Shown: positions 38,252 to 49,929 of the stretch, in pieces
Layout of the letters: each line of letters starts with the position of its first letter
Numbering within the stretch: the first letter of the stretch is position 1
Source of the DNA: Toensbergia leucococca
Taxonomy: Eukaryota
NCBI GenBank assembly: GCA_022813965.1
Contig: JALDZS010000157.1
Location: forward strand, 1 to 55,184
DNA length: 55,184 nt
Direction: 5' to 3'
Program-made: the position numbers and the translations under genes
The notes under the pieces: model-generated
The model's input: the letters and a program-made list of their open reading frames with translations, nothing else
What the model was told of the DNA's origin: nothing
Database searches by the model: none

Positions 38252-39158
38252 CTTGCCCTAATGAGATTGATATTTTACGAGCAGACTTGCGGAAAATTAG
38301 ATGAATGATGTCCAAGCCGCAGCCTTTTTATCTTTGGTATTTGATTTGATTAGACTAGATAGTAGGAAAATTGCTGCACAGCGGTATCATGAGAGGAGTA
38401 TCTGCTTACAGTCTAGACTTGTCAAACTCATTTTTCCAGCGAGTAGTGGAATTAGAAACTCATGCACTGACTGATCTAGATGCAATCAGCATGCTAGTAC
38501 ATATGCATTGCGACCAATAGGGCTTGATAAGAAATTCAAACATGCAAATCAGAAAGCAGCGATGATATGAGGATTAGTGATCGACTTTACGAGACTTTGA
38601 GTTTGAGGAAGAAAAACTGATCTCGTGGCAAACCCTTCTAGTGCAGGGACTGACTCACGAGTAGTTAGTTTGAAAATTTGGGCGACAGTCTATGAGTATT
38701 GTGTGTTACTCTATGTCAAGTAGAAGGCTTTTGCAAGGAACCATGCAAGTCCTGAAGGGCCGTGATGGCGGCTTTATAATGTGTGACATTCTTGTGCGAT
38801 TCCGCTCATTGTAGCAAGCAATGCGAAGATGCATTTGAAGTTACCTCATTTAGCTACGAAGATCCGTAGCGACTTTCACAATCAGAAACTCACATTGGCG
38901 TAGTCACGTGATGGTGAGGGCTAGGTACTGTATCGGGTTTAGCTTCACAGTGCTAGATCTTACTAAGGCTAGCTTACGCTTAATCATCCGCTGCATCTCT
39001 AGCGGGTGGTCCGTGTAGGTATGTAATTTAAGTCTTCTTGGACTTGATGTCAGTATGCGTACGGTACGGAGCACTGACGTGGTGGATGTATTTAAATTTC
39101 GGATATACTCCATCCACGACAGCCTGCTTGCAGTATACAACAGCCTCTCTCCGACATC

Positions 39159-39979
39159 ATGAATCCCCCCAGTCTACAATTGCTACGGGCCTTGAGGACC
39201 ACCGCATTCGGCCGCGCTTCGATTCAAGCTCGATGGCACGCCTCACATTCTCGCAATGCTCCTTTACCAGCTTCTACCTCCTGCCCGGCACCATTGTCAC
39301 GCAGTTCGCAAGGTGTTCGAGACTTCTCAGCAACTTCTGCACATTGGTCCTCTCCAATCCCTAAGTCCGCAGACCGTGGCCCGCAATCTCAGGAGGATAC
39401 GCAAACCGACTTTGGAGTAATGGATGTCTTGGGCAACACTGCTGCACCTACCACGGCCATTGATGCATGCTTGAGTGATGGCTTTCTTTTGGATAATGGG
39501 CTAAGGATTATTGGTGGTTGTGGATGTTTATTGGTGGCAGGGGAGGCTTTTAGTTGGAGGCCTTGGGAAGCTGGAATAAGACCAGGAAGTTCGGGAAAAG
39601 GACGAATGATAAACAAAAAAGGACAATGGGATGTCGAAAAGGAAGCTTGGGGTGTTCTTGAATTGGTGTGGCCGAAGCCAGGTATGAGTTGCGTCTTCGT
39701 CCTTGGCATCTCAGCAGTATCACAGTCAAGCACCAGACCTGTAGACCTCAGACATATTACTGACACAGGCATATAGATCTTCTGATCCTCGGGTTAGGAC
39801 CTTCGACTTTTCCGATATCACCAGAAACAAGAAAGTATATCAACTCATTAGGAATAAGAATCGATATACAAGACACTAGGAATGCAGCTGCACAATTTAA
39901 TCTGCTTGCTACAGAGAGAGGAGTGGATGTCGTCGCTGCTGCGTTCGTTCCTATAGGATGGAAGGAGCCTAAGGATTGA
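39159..39979 (+). CDS. NDUFAF3: Mitochondrial complex I assembly factor NDUFAF3 (Mth938-like domain); intron 39682..39776
   Basis: Arg/Ser-rich targeting presequence, TAIDACLSDGFLLDNG, LVWPKP|DLLILGLG, IDIQDTRNAAAQFNLLATERG. Confidence 0.9.
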
Positions 39980-40878
39980 TGTGCCAGTGGTGGTCTTGTA
40001 ACTTCAAAGGTGGCGTGTCATATGAATAGGTAGCCGAATGGCTGACCTGCCGCACGATACTCGCATGGAAACTGTGGTCACTGGGAGCACCAGTGTCAGT
40101 ATCTAGAATCAAACATGTATTTGAAGTGCTTTTGTTGGTTCGTCGTCAATTCATCGACAACCTCAAATCATAAATACAATGTGAAATATCATTGGCGATG
40201 TGCAGGGAACCATGGGTATTGTCTCATTATCTGCGGACTGATTAGCAGCACGTTTTCTGATAAATCTACGTGGCAGTCAGGAAGAAGCTGGACTATCGCT
40301 CAATTATGACTACTCTTCTTTACGTCTTTCCCCTGGACGTCGTTTTTTCGACTCAGCAGTAGGCAGTATGGCGTATCCATACGGAATAGGTAGCTAAGGT
40401 GGATAATGCCAAGTGCATTGACTGGGGGAGGGATCTTGTTGATCTCCACTGTCCCAGTCGCACCTAATGTCGTCATAGCTCGTAAAATTTTCTAATTTGA
40501 GAAGCGGGACATGTCCACTAAGCCTTTCGGAGACTTAGTGCGGCCCCTGCTGCATTCTTTCACGCGAGACATGAACTCCAACCTCCAGTTTTTCTTTATG
40601 TGTTTTCTTCTCCTTCAAACGTCGACGACGAGGACACCACATTCGCTACCGAGGTCATATTGTTGCTGGAGCTGTTAAATTTTTGGTTGTTATCTATTCC
40701 TTCATTTTATTTTCAGCTTCATCATCTCTATCGCTATTTCCTTGCCCAGGTATCTCAAGAAGGAAAGACCACAAGGCGCCTCATTGACACTCGTTTAAGG
40801 CGAACCCATTTTTGATCGCAACCGAAAACAGGGTCTTACTACATTTAACAATAATACAAAGTCGAGGTGACATCCACC

Positions 40879-42365
40879 ATGGTTCGCATACTGGCCTCGG
40901 CCGCCTTCATCCTTATGTCGACATCTTTAGCTCTGGCCGACACCAGCGTTTCATGCGGCCAAGGAAACCTCTGTCCAGAAGATATACCATGTTGCTCCCG
41001 TCAGTATACTCCCTGTTCACAGCTGTGCTGGGAGGCTCACTAGATGAAACCTAGAATATGGCCAATGCGGAGTGGGAGCATACTGTCTAGGTGGTTGCGA
41101 TCCTTTGTTCTCAAATTCTCTCGACTCCTGCGTGCCAGCTCCTGTGTGCAAAAGCCAGGACTATCAACTCACATCTCTAGACGGCATAACCGCCAATACC
41201 AAATACTTGGGAGATGCATCAAAGTCGAATTGGGTGTCGAGCGGTCAGCCAATCGCATACCAGGATCAGGTCCTCTTGACCATGGCGCAGAGTACAGTTG
41301 GCACACTTCTAGCTAGTACTGCGTACGTATGGTATGGAAAAGTATCTGCCACTATGAAGTCGAGTCGAGGAGCGGGTGTTGTGTCGGCATTTATCCTTTT
41401 ATCCGACGTGAAAGACGAAATCGATTTCGAATTTGTAGGCGCCGACTTGCTCAGCGCACAGTCGAACTATTATTTCCAAGGAATCACTGATTGTAAGGCA
41501 TCAACTTGAATTTGGTTCTCGTTCTACGCTAATCATGGCAGACGACAATGAGCTTAATCTCACAACGACGGATACTTTTGAAAACTACCACACCTATGAA
41601 GTTGACTGGACTCCAGATTCTATTACGTGGTCGATTGACGGAGTGTCCATGCGCACGAAAAACAGAAATGAAACTTGGAATGCGACAAGCAATCAATATC
41701 ATTATCCCCAAACACCAGCTCGTATTGAATTGTCACTTTGGCCCGCGGGCTTAGCGTCCAATGGACAAGGTACTGTGGACTGGGCTGGAGGACTAGTGGA
41801 CTGGAATAGTCAGGATATCAAGACTAATGGGTATTACTACGCCATGGTGAAAGACGTCAATGTGCAATGCTACAATCCTCCTTCTGGAGCCAACGTTACC
41901 GGATCGGACTCGTACAAATATACAGGGTTGGGCGGCACGAACAATACGGTTGCCTCGACGAATGATCCTACCGTGCTGAAGTCGTTGCTAGGAACTGGAA
42001 CGAACATGTCAGCTGATTATGCATCGGCGGTGTCCTCTTCATCAAGTGCATCTGGCTCAAAGACCGCTACCTCGTCAGCATCTGCAGCCACTAGCGATGT
42101 CGCCACAGTCCCTGGCCTGACCGGTGGAGGGCCAGGTACAAATGGTCACAATGGCGATAGTGGATCAAGCGTGTCAAGTGGATCATCTGGATCAGCTTCA
42201 AGCAGTACCTCAACTGCACCAAGCTCCTCTTCGACAGGTATAGGTGGATTCTCCCAAGGTGATGGAGCAAAACAGGGCGGTGGAGTGCCGTTGAAGAATG
42301 AGAGGGTTTTGCAAGGTTCAGTCTTCGCAGCTTTGGTAGCTGTAGTGGGTATGATTGTTTTGTAA
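40879..42365 (+). CDS. utr2: GH16 chitin transglycosylase, Utr2/Crh2-type, with N-terminal Cys-rich chitin-binding module, Ser-rich stalk and GPI signal (3 exons)
   Basis: Signal peptide MVRILASAAFILM, CPEDIPCCS|QYGQCGVGAYCLGGCDP, catalytic DEIDFE, YPQTPARIELSLWPAG, hydrophobic C-terminus. Confidence 0.92.
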
Positions 42366-43646
42366 TATTACTTTTTTGCATTGGATCGGCGTCAACAGGA
42401 TGGCAACACTCATTTTGGTTATCACTCTTATGGAATTAGCGTTGTTTTCTATCAGCATTCTCTTTCTTATCTGCCCTGTTGAACATACGTTTATCGTGGT
42501 GAGCATTCTAAAGCGAACTTCTTGTACAATGCCTTGAATGGAAGCAGTCACTTTAGCCCTGGGGCAATGTAATGAGAGGACATGACCGGGCCAATGCATG
42601 GTGGTTGTCTTGGAGTTGACTCGACTTATAGAGTTGTACAGCGACAACAGATCTCGTCACCAGCGGGAACGGGCCTTTACATGATCTTGCCGCCTAGTCT
42701 CGATCTGCATCCAGATTTTGGTGTGTTGCCAACTAAGATGGAGGAAACATCAGCCCATAGCATCTTGCTCACATGATCCAGGCTTTCTTGATTCGTTGTT
42801 GGCATCTTCAAAGAAGTAATATACTCGGCGGCTTCCGTTTACATGGACAAAATCTATTCGCTCCAAGTTGTGGATGCTAAGTTTGGTGATACACAGCCTC
42901 TGACAAGACACGATTGATCCAAGCCCATGTTGTTTGGCTACTTTCTTCATACGGCCAAGCACCACCACCGGAGCAGGTGCAGTGTGTGTGATCAATCTAA
43001 GTCACCACCTTCTTCATCATGTGTTTGCTTTAAATCGACCTTGACGCGGAGATGGAATGGTCTCTCAACCTCCATCAAACCTCTCATCAGCATCGTCTTG
43101 GCAATGCCACGAACGTCTTCTTGAAGGGCGCCTCTTAGCACGGGTTTCCAATGGCTTCTCATCCGACTGGATGCAAATTATTCGCTGGTCCCAGGAATCT
43201 AGATCTCGGGACTTCGCTCTGCAATCCTATACGCGGACAAGAAGGTGGATATCGCCATCGATAATCTTCTGGGTTTTTGTAAGCGGTGGCTATGTTGCTG
43301 TGACTCAAGCTGCTGCAATATGACGGGGTATAAATACTGTCGACTTCTTCTACTTTGATCTTCTACAATACTGCACTTCGTGCCTGTTTAACTCTGGGTC
43401 TTAGGACTTGTTTGTCTAGATCTGAAAGCTGAAAGCTTTCGTCTCCGGCACGTGTACGAGACCAACTATCGTTGGATCCTTGTGCTCAGAAATCTCCTTC
43501 CTCTCATCTCATATCTTCAATTTTGCAATCCTATCCATCCGCTCCGGAAAAATAACCCCAAGCCATATCTCTCTCAAAATCCACCTTTTATCTTCTCTCC
43601 GCGCCTTCTCAACCCTCGTAAATTCTATCACCAAACAAAACAAAAC

Positions 43647-43901
43647 ATGTGCACCTGGAATCTAATCCACTTCACCTCCTGCGGCCATAACTCCGGCCTT
43701 CTCTACTCTCACGGCTGCCTCGCCTCCTGGCATCAACTAATGCGCATAAATGATCCTCGTGAGCGTGGCCCTTGTTTCGACTGGTCCGACGCCTGTCGCC
43801 CCCAGCGCGGGAGAAATGTGAATGAGTATTGGGATTCAGGGATTTGTGAGAGGTGCCAAATACCTGGGTGGCGGTTTACTGGATTAGGGGGGAGGGGATG
43901 A
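43647..43901 (+). CDS. Small Cys/His-rich hypothetical protein (84 aa, putative metal-binding)
   Basis: ATG in a caaaac context; MCTWNLIHFTSCGH...C...C...CERC; TATAAATA at about 43330; shares its motif with the ORF at 45888. Confidence 0.6.
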   Translation: MCTWNLIHFTSCGHNSGLLYSHGCLASWHQLMRINDPRERGPCFDWSDACRPQRGRNVNEYWDSGICERCQIPGWRFTGLGGRG

Positions 43902-44179
43902 TAGAAGCGAGAGCGAAAGGAGAAGTTTTTTTTTTGGAATAATGGAGCGAGAATCTTCTCTGGGAGGGATGAATGCTCTGCCTCTATTTAGGAGGCTTTT
44001 CTTGATGTCATGCGCTATTAGCCCGTTTCTTGTGGTCACTTGCCATGGTAAACATGGAGCTTGGTTTTTGGGGTCATGAATACACACGCCCAGCTCCCAA
44101 CTTTGCGAAGAACTAAACAAAGACCCTGCTTGAATATCCACTCCAACCAACTTTTTCAGCTTACTTTTCCTTGAACCTC

Positions 44180-47000
44180 CTTGAATTCAAAGACTCAGTT
44201 CCCCCCCCCCAAAAAGATACACTGTTTCACCGAATTTACGCTATGCTTCCTTTTTTTTTCTGTCGCCGGTAAAGCAATGGAGACACTGAATCATGCTTTA
44301 ATTTGATTAAACGAATACCTACCACTCCCTGGATAAATCTCAACCCATTCCCTTATCCCCACTTCCCCCTTCCCTTTCCCAAAAGAATCCTGACCAGAAA
44401 AACAACTCCACTCGTCCAATCCAACCACTTTCTTCACGTCACCTCCCACATCCCACCTTTTGCAACCACGCCCCAAACATCGAACCCTCTCCATCATCAC
44501 TGCTCACCTATTTAGGAAATTCCCCTTTTCACAAGCACGAGGTACAAAGTACCTCAAGCAACGTCGTACCAACGTACGATCCGCAACCCTCCCCTCACCC
44601 CACAAAAAGGAGATTTCAAAGTTACGAAAGACCTCTCGGTCTAAACTTTTTGGGGTTTGACGAGGTTCTCTCAATACCCTAAAAACAACCCCCCCCCTTG
44701 TTCAAAAAGAAAAGAGGAAAATTAGAGCTTCCCCATATCAAGCTACCCGGCCCTGCTAAAAGAAAGGAGCAAAGCTAAATTGCTTTCCAACCTTCTTCTC
44801 TCTCCTCACCATCACAGAAAGAGTCTTTCAACGCGTTCTTTTTTTCTGCCCTCTTGCAAGGAAACGATATTTTCTACTGGAACACATCTACGTCTCCCCT
44901 CGCCTCAACCTCCCCTCCTCACCCGTCAAGATTCTGAAAAGCGAAAAAGGTCCGCAAAGACGAACCCCTCCCCCGAAAATAAAAGCACATAGAACAACAC
45001 ACCCCCTCGGTGGGAGGTCAAAAGAACAGCAACAAACCCCCCTCCAAAAAAAGAAATCGACAGCACAAAAAACAAGAAAAAACACCACTTCACAAGCCCC
45101 TTCACAAAAGCCACAGAACACAACAGAAAGACACACAATCCAAACCTCCTCATTCATCCACTCACCCAGCCAGGTCATCCTTCACCCCTCAATTCCCCGA
45201 TAGATTCGACTCAAGACCAAAAAAACATCTTCATCTGTTCAAAAGCAGCCATGACAGAAGCTCCCACTCTGTGGAAAAAGAAATTCATCACCGAAGATAA
45301 TCTTCCCCCCTTTCCACCACCCAACCCCCCCTATTTGCCCAAATGGCACCAAAACGCATTCACCCCGCCCGCCCCCGTCACCAAGCCAAAATCACACCCC
45401 AGAACGACAACAGTGAAAAACAAACCCTCTCAAAAAAAAACCAGTCATCAAAAAACAGCAATGAACAACAACATCAACAACAACACCAAATCCAAATCCA
45501 ATCCAAACAAAGCCAAAAAAAAACCTTCACACCTCAGACAACATTCCCCTCCCAATCAAGAAGAAACAATGACTCAGTTCCCCCAAGGGGTACAAAAAGC
45601 CTCACAAACCCTCCCAAAAAAACAAAAGACATTGTCCACCACATCTCCCCCCATCCCGCGAAATCCAAAAAAAAAAGGAAGAGCTTTAAAAAAAAAGAAC
45701 CTCAACCTCCATTCCTCGATCTCCGAAAAAAAAGCACCTCCACATCACCTTCCCGATCATTTCACCAAACTCAACAAAAGAGGCACGAACGCAGATCCTA
45801 CCCCCCAAAACAGCCCTCGAAAACAACACCAAAAACACCACCAACCACCACAAAAAACCCCCACCTGGGGAAAGAGAGAAAAAAAAAATGTGCCACCACC
45901 CACACCTCCTCTTCCTCCCCTGCCCCCACAACCCTTCCCCCCCCGCCTCCGCCCTCCTCACCCCCACCCGACCCCCACACAACCCAACCTTCCACCCCCT
46001 CCCCCCGCACCCCCAAAACCTCCCCTACACCCTCACATCCCCCTCCCCAACCCCTACAACCCCTCTTCAACCCCTCTCACCCTACCACCTCAGCCCCCCC
46101 ACCCCAAACCTCCCCCCCACCCACCACCTCCTCCTCCCCCTCCTCCCACCCAACCACTGCCCAGCCCTAACCACCCAGCTCCAAACCTACCACACCCAAC
46201 CCCTGCGCCCACCAACAGACTACCCAATGCCAATGCCAACAAGCTGCCCCCTGACATCCGCATCCGCCACCATGAGCGTGTGGGGCTGGGTGGGGTGCGG
46301 GATCTGCTATTGCGACAGCGGGGAAGAGGGTGGGGAGAGTGATGGGAGTTGGACGGCGGAGGTGGAGGGGGAGGAGGAGGGGGAGGGGGAGGAGGAGGGG
46401 GAGGGGGAGGGGGAGGTGCGGTCTGGAGCCGAAGAAGAAGGAGGAGGGGAAGGAGGAAAAGGATGGTGGGATAACAACAAAGACGTGGCGAAGAGTCGTC
46501 GTGCGATGAGCGAGGGCGAGGTCATCCGTGCTGGGACTGGAGAGGAAGGAGATACTCTTGTCGATGTTGATACGCGCACGGCGTATCAACACGGCGTGGC
46601 GGTTATTCGGCGCGTAGAGGAGCGGCGCAGGGGCGGGTGGAGCTGGCCGGTTGTTGTGGATGGGAGGTTGGAACTTGATCGTGTGATTTTGAGTTTGAGT
46701 TGTTGAGAGGACGAGGGTAGAGATGTGCTAGTTTCGAGCCTTTCTTGGTTCGAGTTTGGAGACGTTTGGGGTATTTGGGAGTGTGGTTACTTGGGTTAAG
46801 GGGGGTCTATTTGTTTTGTTTTTTTTTAATCTGGGTGGAATTTTGCGCCTGGTGTGGCGATTTTGGTTTTTTGGGATAGTGGTGGTTTTTTTTTTCAATA
46901 TGGGCATGGGTGGGATTATTGGATGGATGGGAAGGATAATAGATTTTGAAAAATAATAGATGGGTATTTTCAGAAAATGGAAAAAACACTAATTCTTTGT
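44180..47000. repeat. Extended low-complexity region with strong strand skew (A/C-rich, then G/T-rich)
   Basis: Homopolymer A and C runs at about 44200-46200, switching to G/A and then G/T runs at about 46300-46980. Confidence 0.75.
45888..46706 (+). CDS. Hypothetical protein, Pro-expanded paralogue of the 43647 Cys/His protein with an acidic Glu/Gly tail
   Basis: Same motif spacing as the 43647 ORF: MC-x6-F-x2-C-x-HN, C-x-A-x3-QL, C-x11-W-x4-C-x2-C. Confidence 0.55.
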   Translation: MCHHPHLLFLPCPHNPSPPASALLTPTRPPHNPTFHPLPPHPQNLPYTLTSPSPTPTTPLQPLSPYHLSPPTPNLPPTHHLLLPLLPPNHCPALTTQLQTYHTQPLRPPTDYPMPMPTSCPLTSASATMSVWGWVGCGICYCDSGEEGGESDGSWTAEVEGEEEGEGEEEGEGEGEVRSGAEEEGGGEGGKGWWDNNKDVAKSRRAMSEGEVIRAGTGEEGDTLVDVDTRTAYQHGVAVIRRVEERRRGGWSWPVVVDGRLELDRVILSLSC

Positions 47001-47067
47001 GGACCGCTGTAAAATAGAGAAGACCAAAACACCTACGCCTTGAATGATAATAATCTGATCAAAGTCC

Positions 47068-48973
47068 CTAATGCAAATGTTGGTGCTCTAGCTCCAGACT
47101 GCGCTTAAACTCTCCATGGTAATGATCCATCTCTTCTGTATTCACGTCCTCGGAAAGAGGCTTTCCCATCCAGGATTCAGCTCCATTGGACTGGCTGTCA
47201 AGCAAATCTCCCCTTTCTTTCAACTCTTTGGTAACAACTTCCAGGTTGAGGTCTAGGTAATCGCGGATGAAATTGCCAACCTCGGTATTCTCATGGTTTC
47301 CAATGAGAGGCCGAGCGTGTTTCGGGTGTGATGCATAGATATTGACGTCAACAGCTACAGGGAATGTAATTAGACAGATTTCCTTCAAACACGGGAGAGA
47401 TACAAACCCGAGTGACCGTGTGTACTCCACCCAACCTGAGCTCTTCGACTGATGATGTCTGCAAAGACATATGATGCTGGCCAAGGATCTGGATGATCAA
47501 GGATGGAGTCGACCTCTTCGTCAGTGGCATCGTAAACACCCAGTCCTTCTTCGAGTAATATCTCCCGTATATACTGCTTTAGAGTGTCCCCTGATGATGA
47601 ATCTTTACCCTCAAGGTGATCTCGAAGCTGGTAGGCCAAGTTCTCGGATGAATGTGTTGCATTTACTAGCATATCTGGAAACCATTTATACACGGGATAA
47701 GAAGCGTGTAGCTCTATCTTCAAATTAGTGCCTATACATTTTGATCTATCAAATGACATTACTCACGTCTAGCCGTAGCCAATCCTCCTGTTTCGTGGTC
47801 ACTGGTCCCGACCAGTACCCCCTCCACATCGTCTTTATCAAGGAACTCCAGTACACTTGCAAAAGCTTTATCGTATGCCAAGACTTCGTGAACCTGAGCC
47901 ACAGGGTCGTTGCCATGACCTGCGTGATCAATTCGACTTCCCTCGATCATCAAGAAAAATCCTTGGTCGCTGTCTCTTGTTGCGTCGCTCAAAGCCGCCA
48001 GTGCTGTTCTTGCCATTTCATCAAGCGATGGGTAAACGTCGTTCATATTTCTCCGATCAACCTCGTAGGGAATGTCTGTACTAGCGAACAAACCCAGAAG
48101 CGGCAATTTGATTGAGCTGCCAACGTTGAGTCCATCGAAGCTCTTGCGATCGTCTACATAGCTGAAGCCATTAACCTTGGCCATGCTAATAACGTCTTTA
48201 TCATCTCCTCGACATGATCCATCGGTTGTATTTGGCAAAAAGTGGCATCGACCGCCACCAAGCATGAGGTCCACTACCCTCCCCAAAGGATGATCTCCAA
48301 TCTCCTGCTCAGCAATTCGATCTTCTTCGGCCCTTTTGTTCACGTGTGCTGCAAAGCAAGCTGGAGTGGCATCTGTGATACGAGTAGTGACAACAAGACC
48401 AGTCATATAGCCTGCTTTCTTCGCTGCCTCAAGAACTGTCCCGCACGGTGTATGATCTGGCAGAACAGAAATGGCACCATTGTAACTTTTGTGTCCACAT
48501 GAAAACGCTGTAGCACCAGCGGCAGAATCTGTAATCAGACTTGAAGTACTTCTTGTTCTCGATGTTCCAATCATGTGTTGGTCCAGTACCAGGACATTTT
48601 CCAAAAGTAGCCCACTTTCGATCTGTCTGAAACTCCTTGTCATGGACAGACTTGTGGGACCCATGCCATCAGACACCATGAAAATCATATTCCGCTTTCC
48701 GCTTGGCTTGCCATTTTTCCAACCACCGGTGCTTTTCGGATGGGAACTCTGCTGGTGTTGGTACATGACAGCGATGACGATGACGGCGGCAGTCGCAATG
48801 AGAGCCCATGCAAAGATGCCGACTTCTCGCCAGAATGGCCAGCCATAACTCGAGGCAGTCTGAGATTTGTGCTGGCCAGTGAGAAGTGCATCTTCTTCTT
48901 CGACTCCACGCTCGTCCGAGTTCTCTGAAGATGGTCGGTCTTGAGACAGCATTGCCTGCTCACCTCTAGCCAT
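47068..48973 (-). CDS. pho8: Vacuolar alkaline phosphatase (Pho8-type, N-terminal TM anchor), 3 exons
   Basis: NMIFMVSDGMG, active-site ITDSAAGATA, TRITDATPA, FFLMIEGSRIDHAGHGND, TSDHETGGL, GWSTHGHS|AVDVNIY. Confidence 0.96.
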
Positions 48974-49929
48974 GGTTTTTTAGGTCAGTTTGATGGTGCG
49001 GATAGGATGACATGAGCCTTCGTAGACAAGTACTCGTCAAGAGTCTGACGTGGTCAGAGAGGATGTTGCCATAGTTGTCCGTTGACGAAAGACATCAAGT
49101 CGTTCCACATCATTTGCTAAGCCTTCTTGTAGGGCTGAGCAGGCGTCATCTGATATTTACAATCACAAGTTGATTTCAACGGATTTATCCGCGTATGAGT
49201 ACGATGGCCGCTTTCTTGTGCAATACTTACCATTCGAAGAAACTTTGAAGTGATCATTTTGATTGACCAAAGGCTCAACTCAGGTCAAATATCTTACTAG
49301 TCGAGGAAGCGTAAAAATTTAAGCTCGACAATCCTCAAATAAATAACTCTGTAGTCACTTCGCCTCCCGCTCCAGCCTAAAACTCGTCTCATCTCCCCCC
49401 TTTTCCCTTCAATATCTTCGTCTCACAACCTATCAGCTAACCTGCCGAAGAGCCAAAGTACCAAGCTTCTAAACGCAAAGCATCACCACTAATCATAACA
49501 CAATGACTCATATCATACAGCACAATAAACATAGACAAGAAAGGAAGGACATCAAAAGCCAAGGCCCAGGACTCAGCCGGTCAAAAATAGAATCCAGCCT
49601 TTGCCATCGCTCAAACCCGAGTGAAACAATACAAGCAAGCTGCCACCTGCACCCATCGCTGAAGAACAGAGTCAAGCAATCCAAGCATCCATCCGTGTTT
49701 TGTAATGAGAATGAAAATGAACGAAAAAGAAGGGATACTCATAGCCAATCCTGGTGCAAAACGAAATCTCCAAAGCATGGATAGAAAGCGCGGCTCATGC
49801 GCAAGCTTTAGCCATGAGTAATGACTTATTGGAAGCACCAAGGAGTAACTTAGTCCCACGACACTATTTTCCCTAACTCTACAGGGCATCCTCTATTCTT
49901 CACGTCCTACCCCAATTTTACCTCCCCAA

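Noticed and set aside
45251..46342. Long Pro/Lys/Gln-rich ORFs (45251..46342, 45343..46170)
   Set aside because: Open frames are expected in T-poor A/C-rich DNA. They have no motif, unlike the third frame (45888), which carries the conserved Cys/His pattern.
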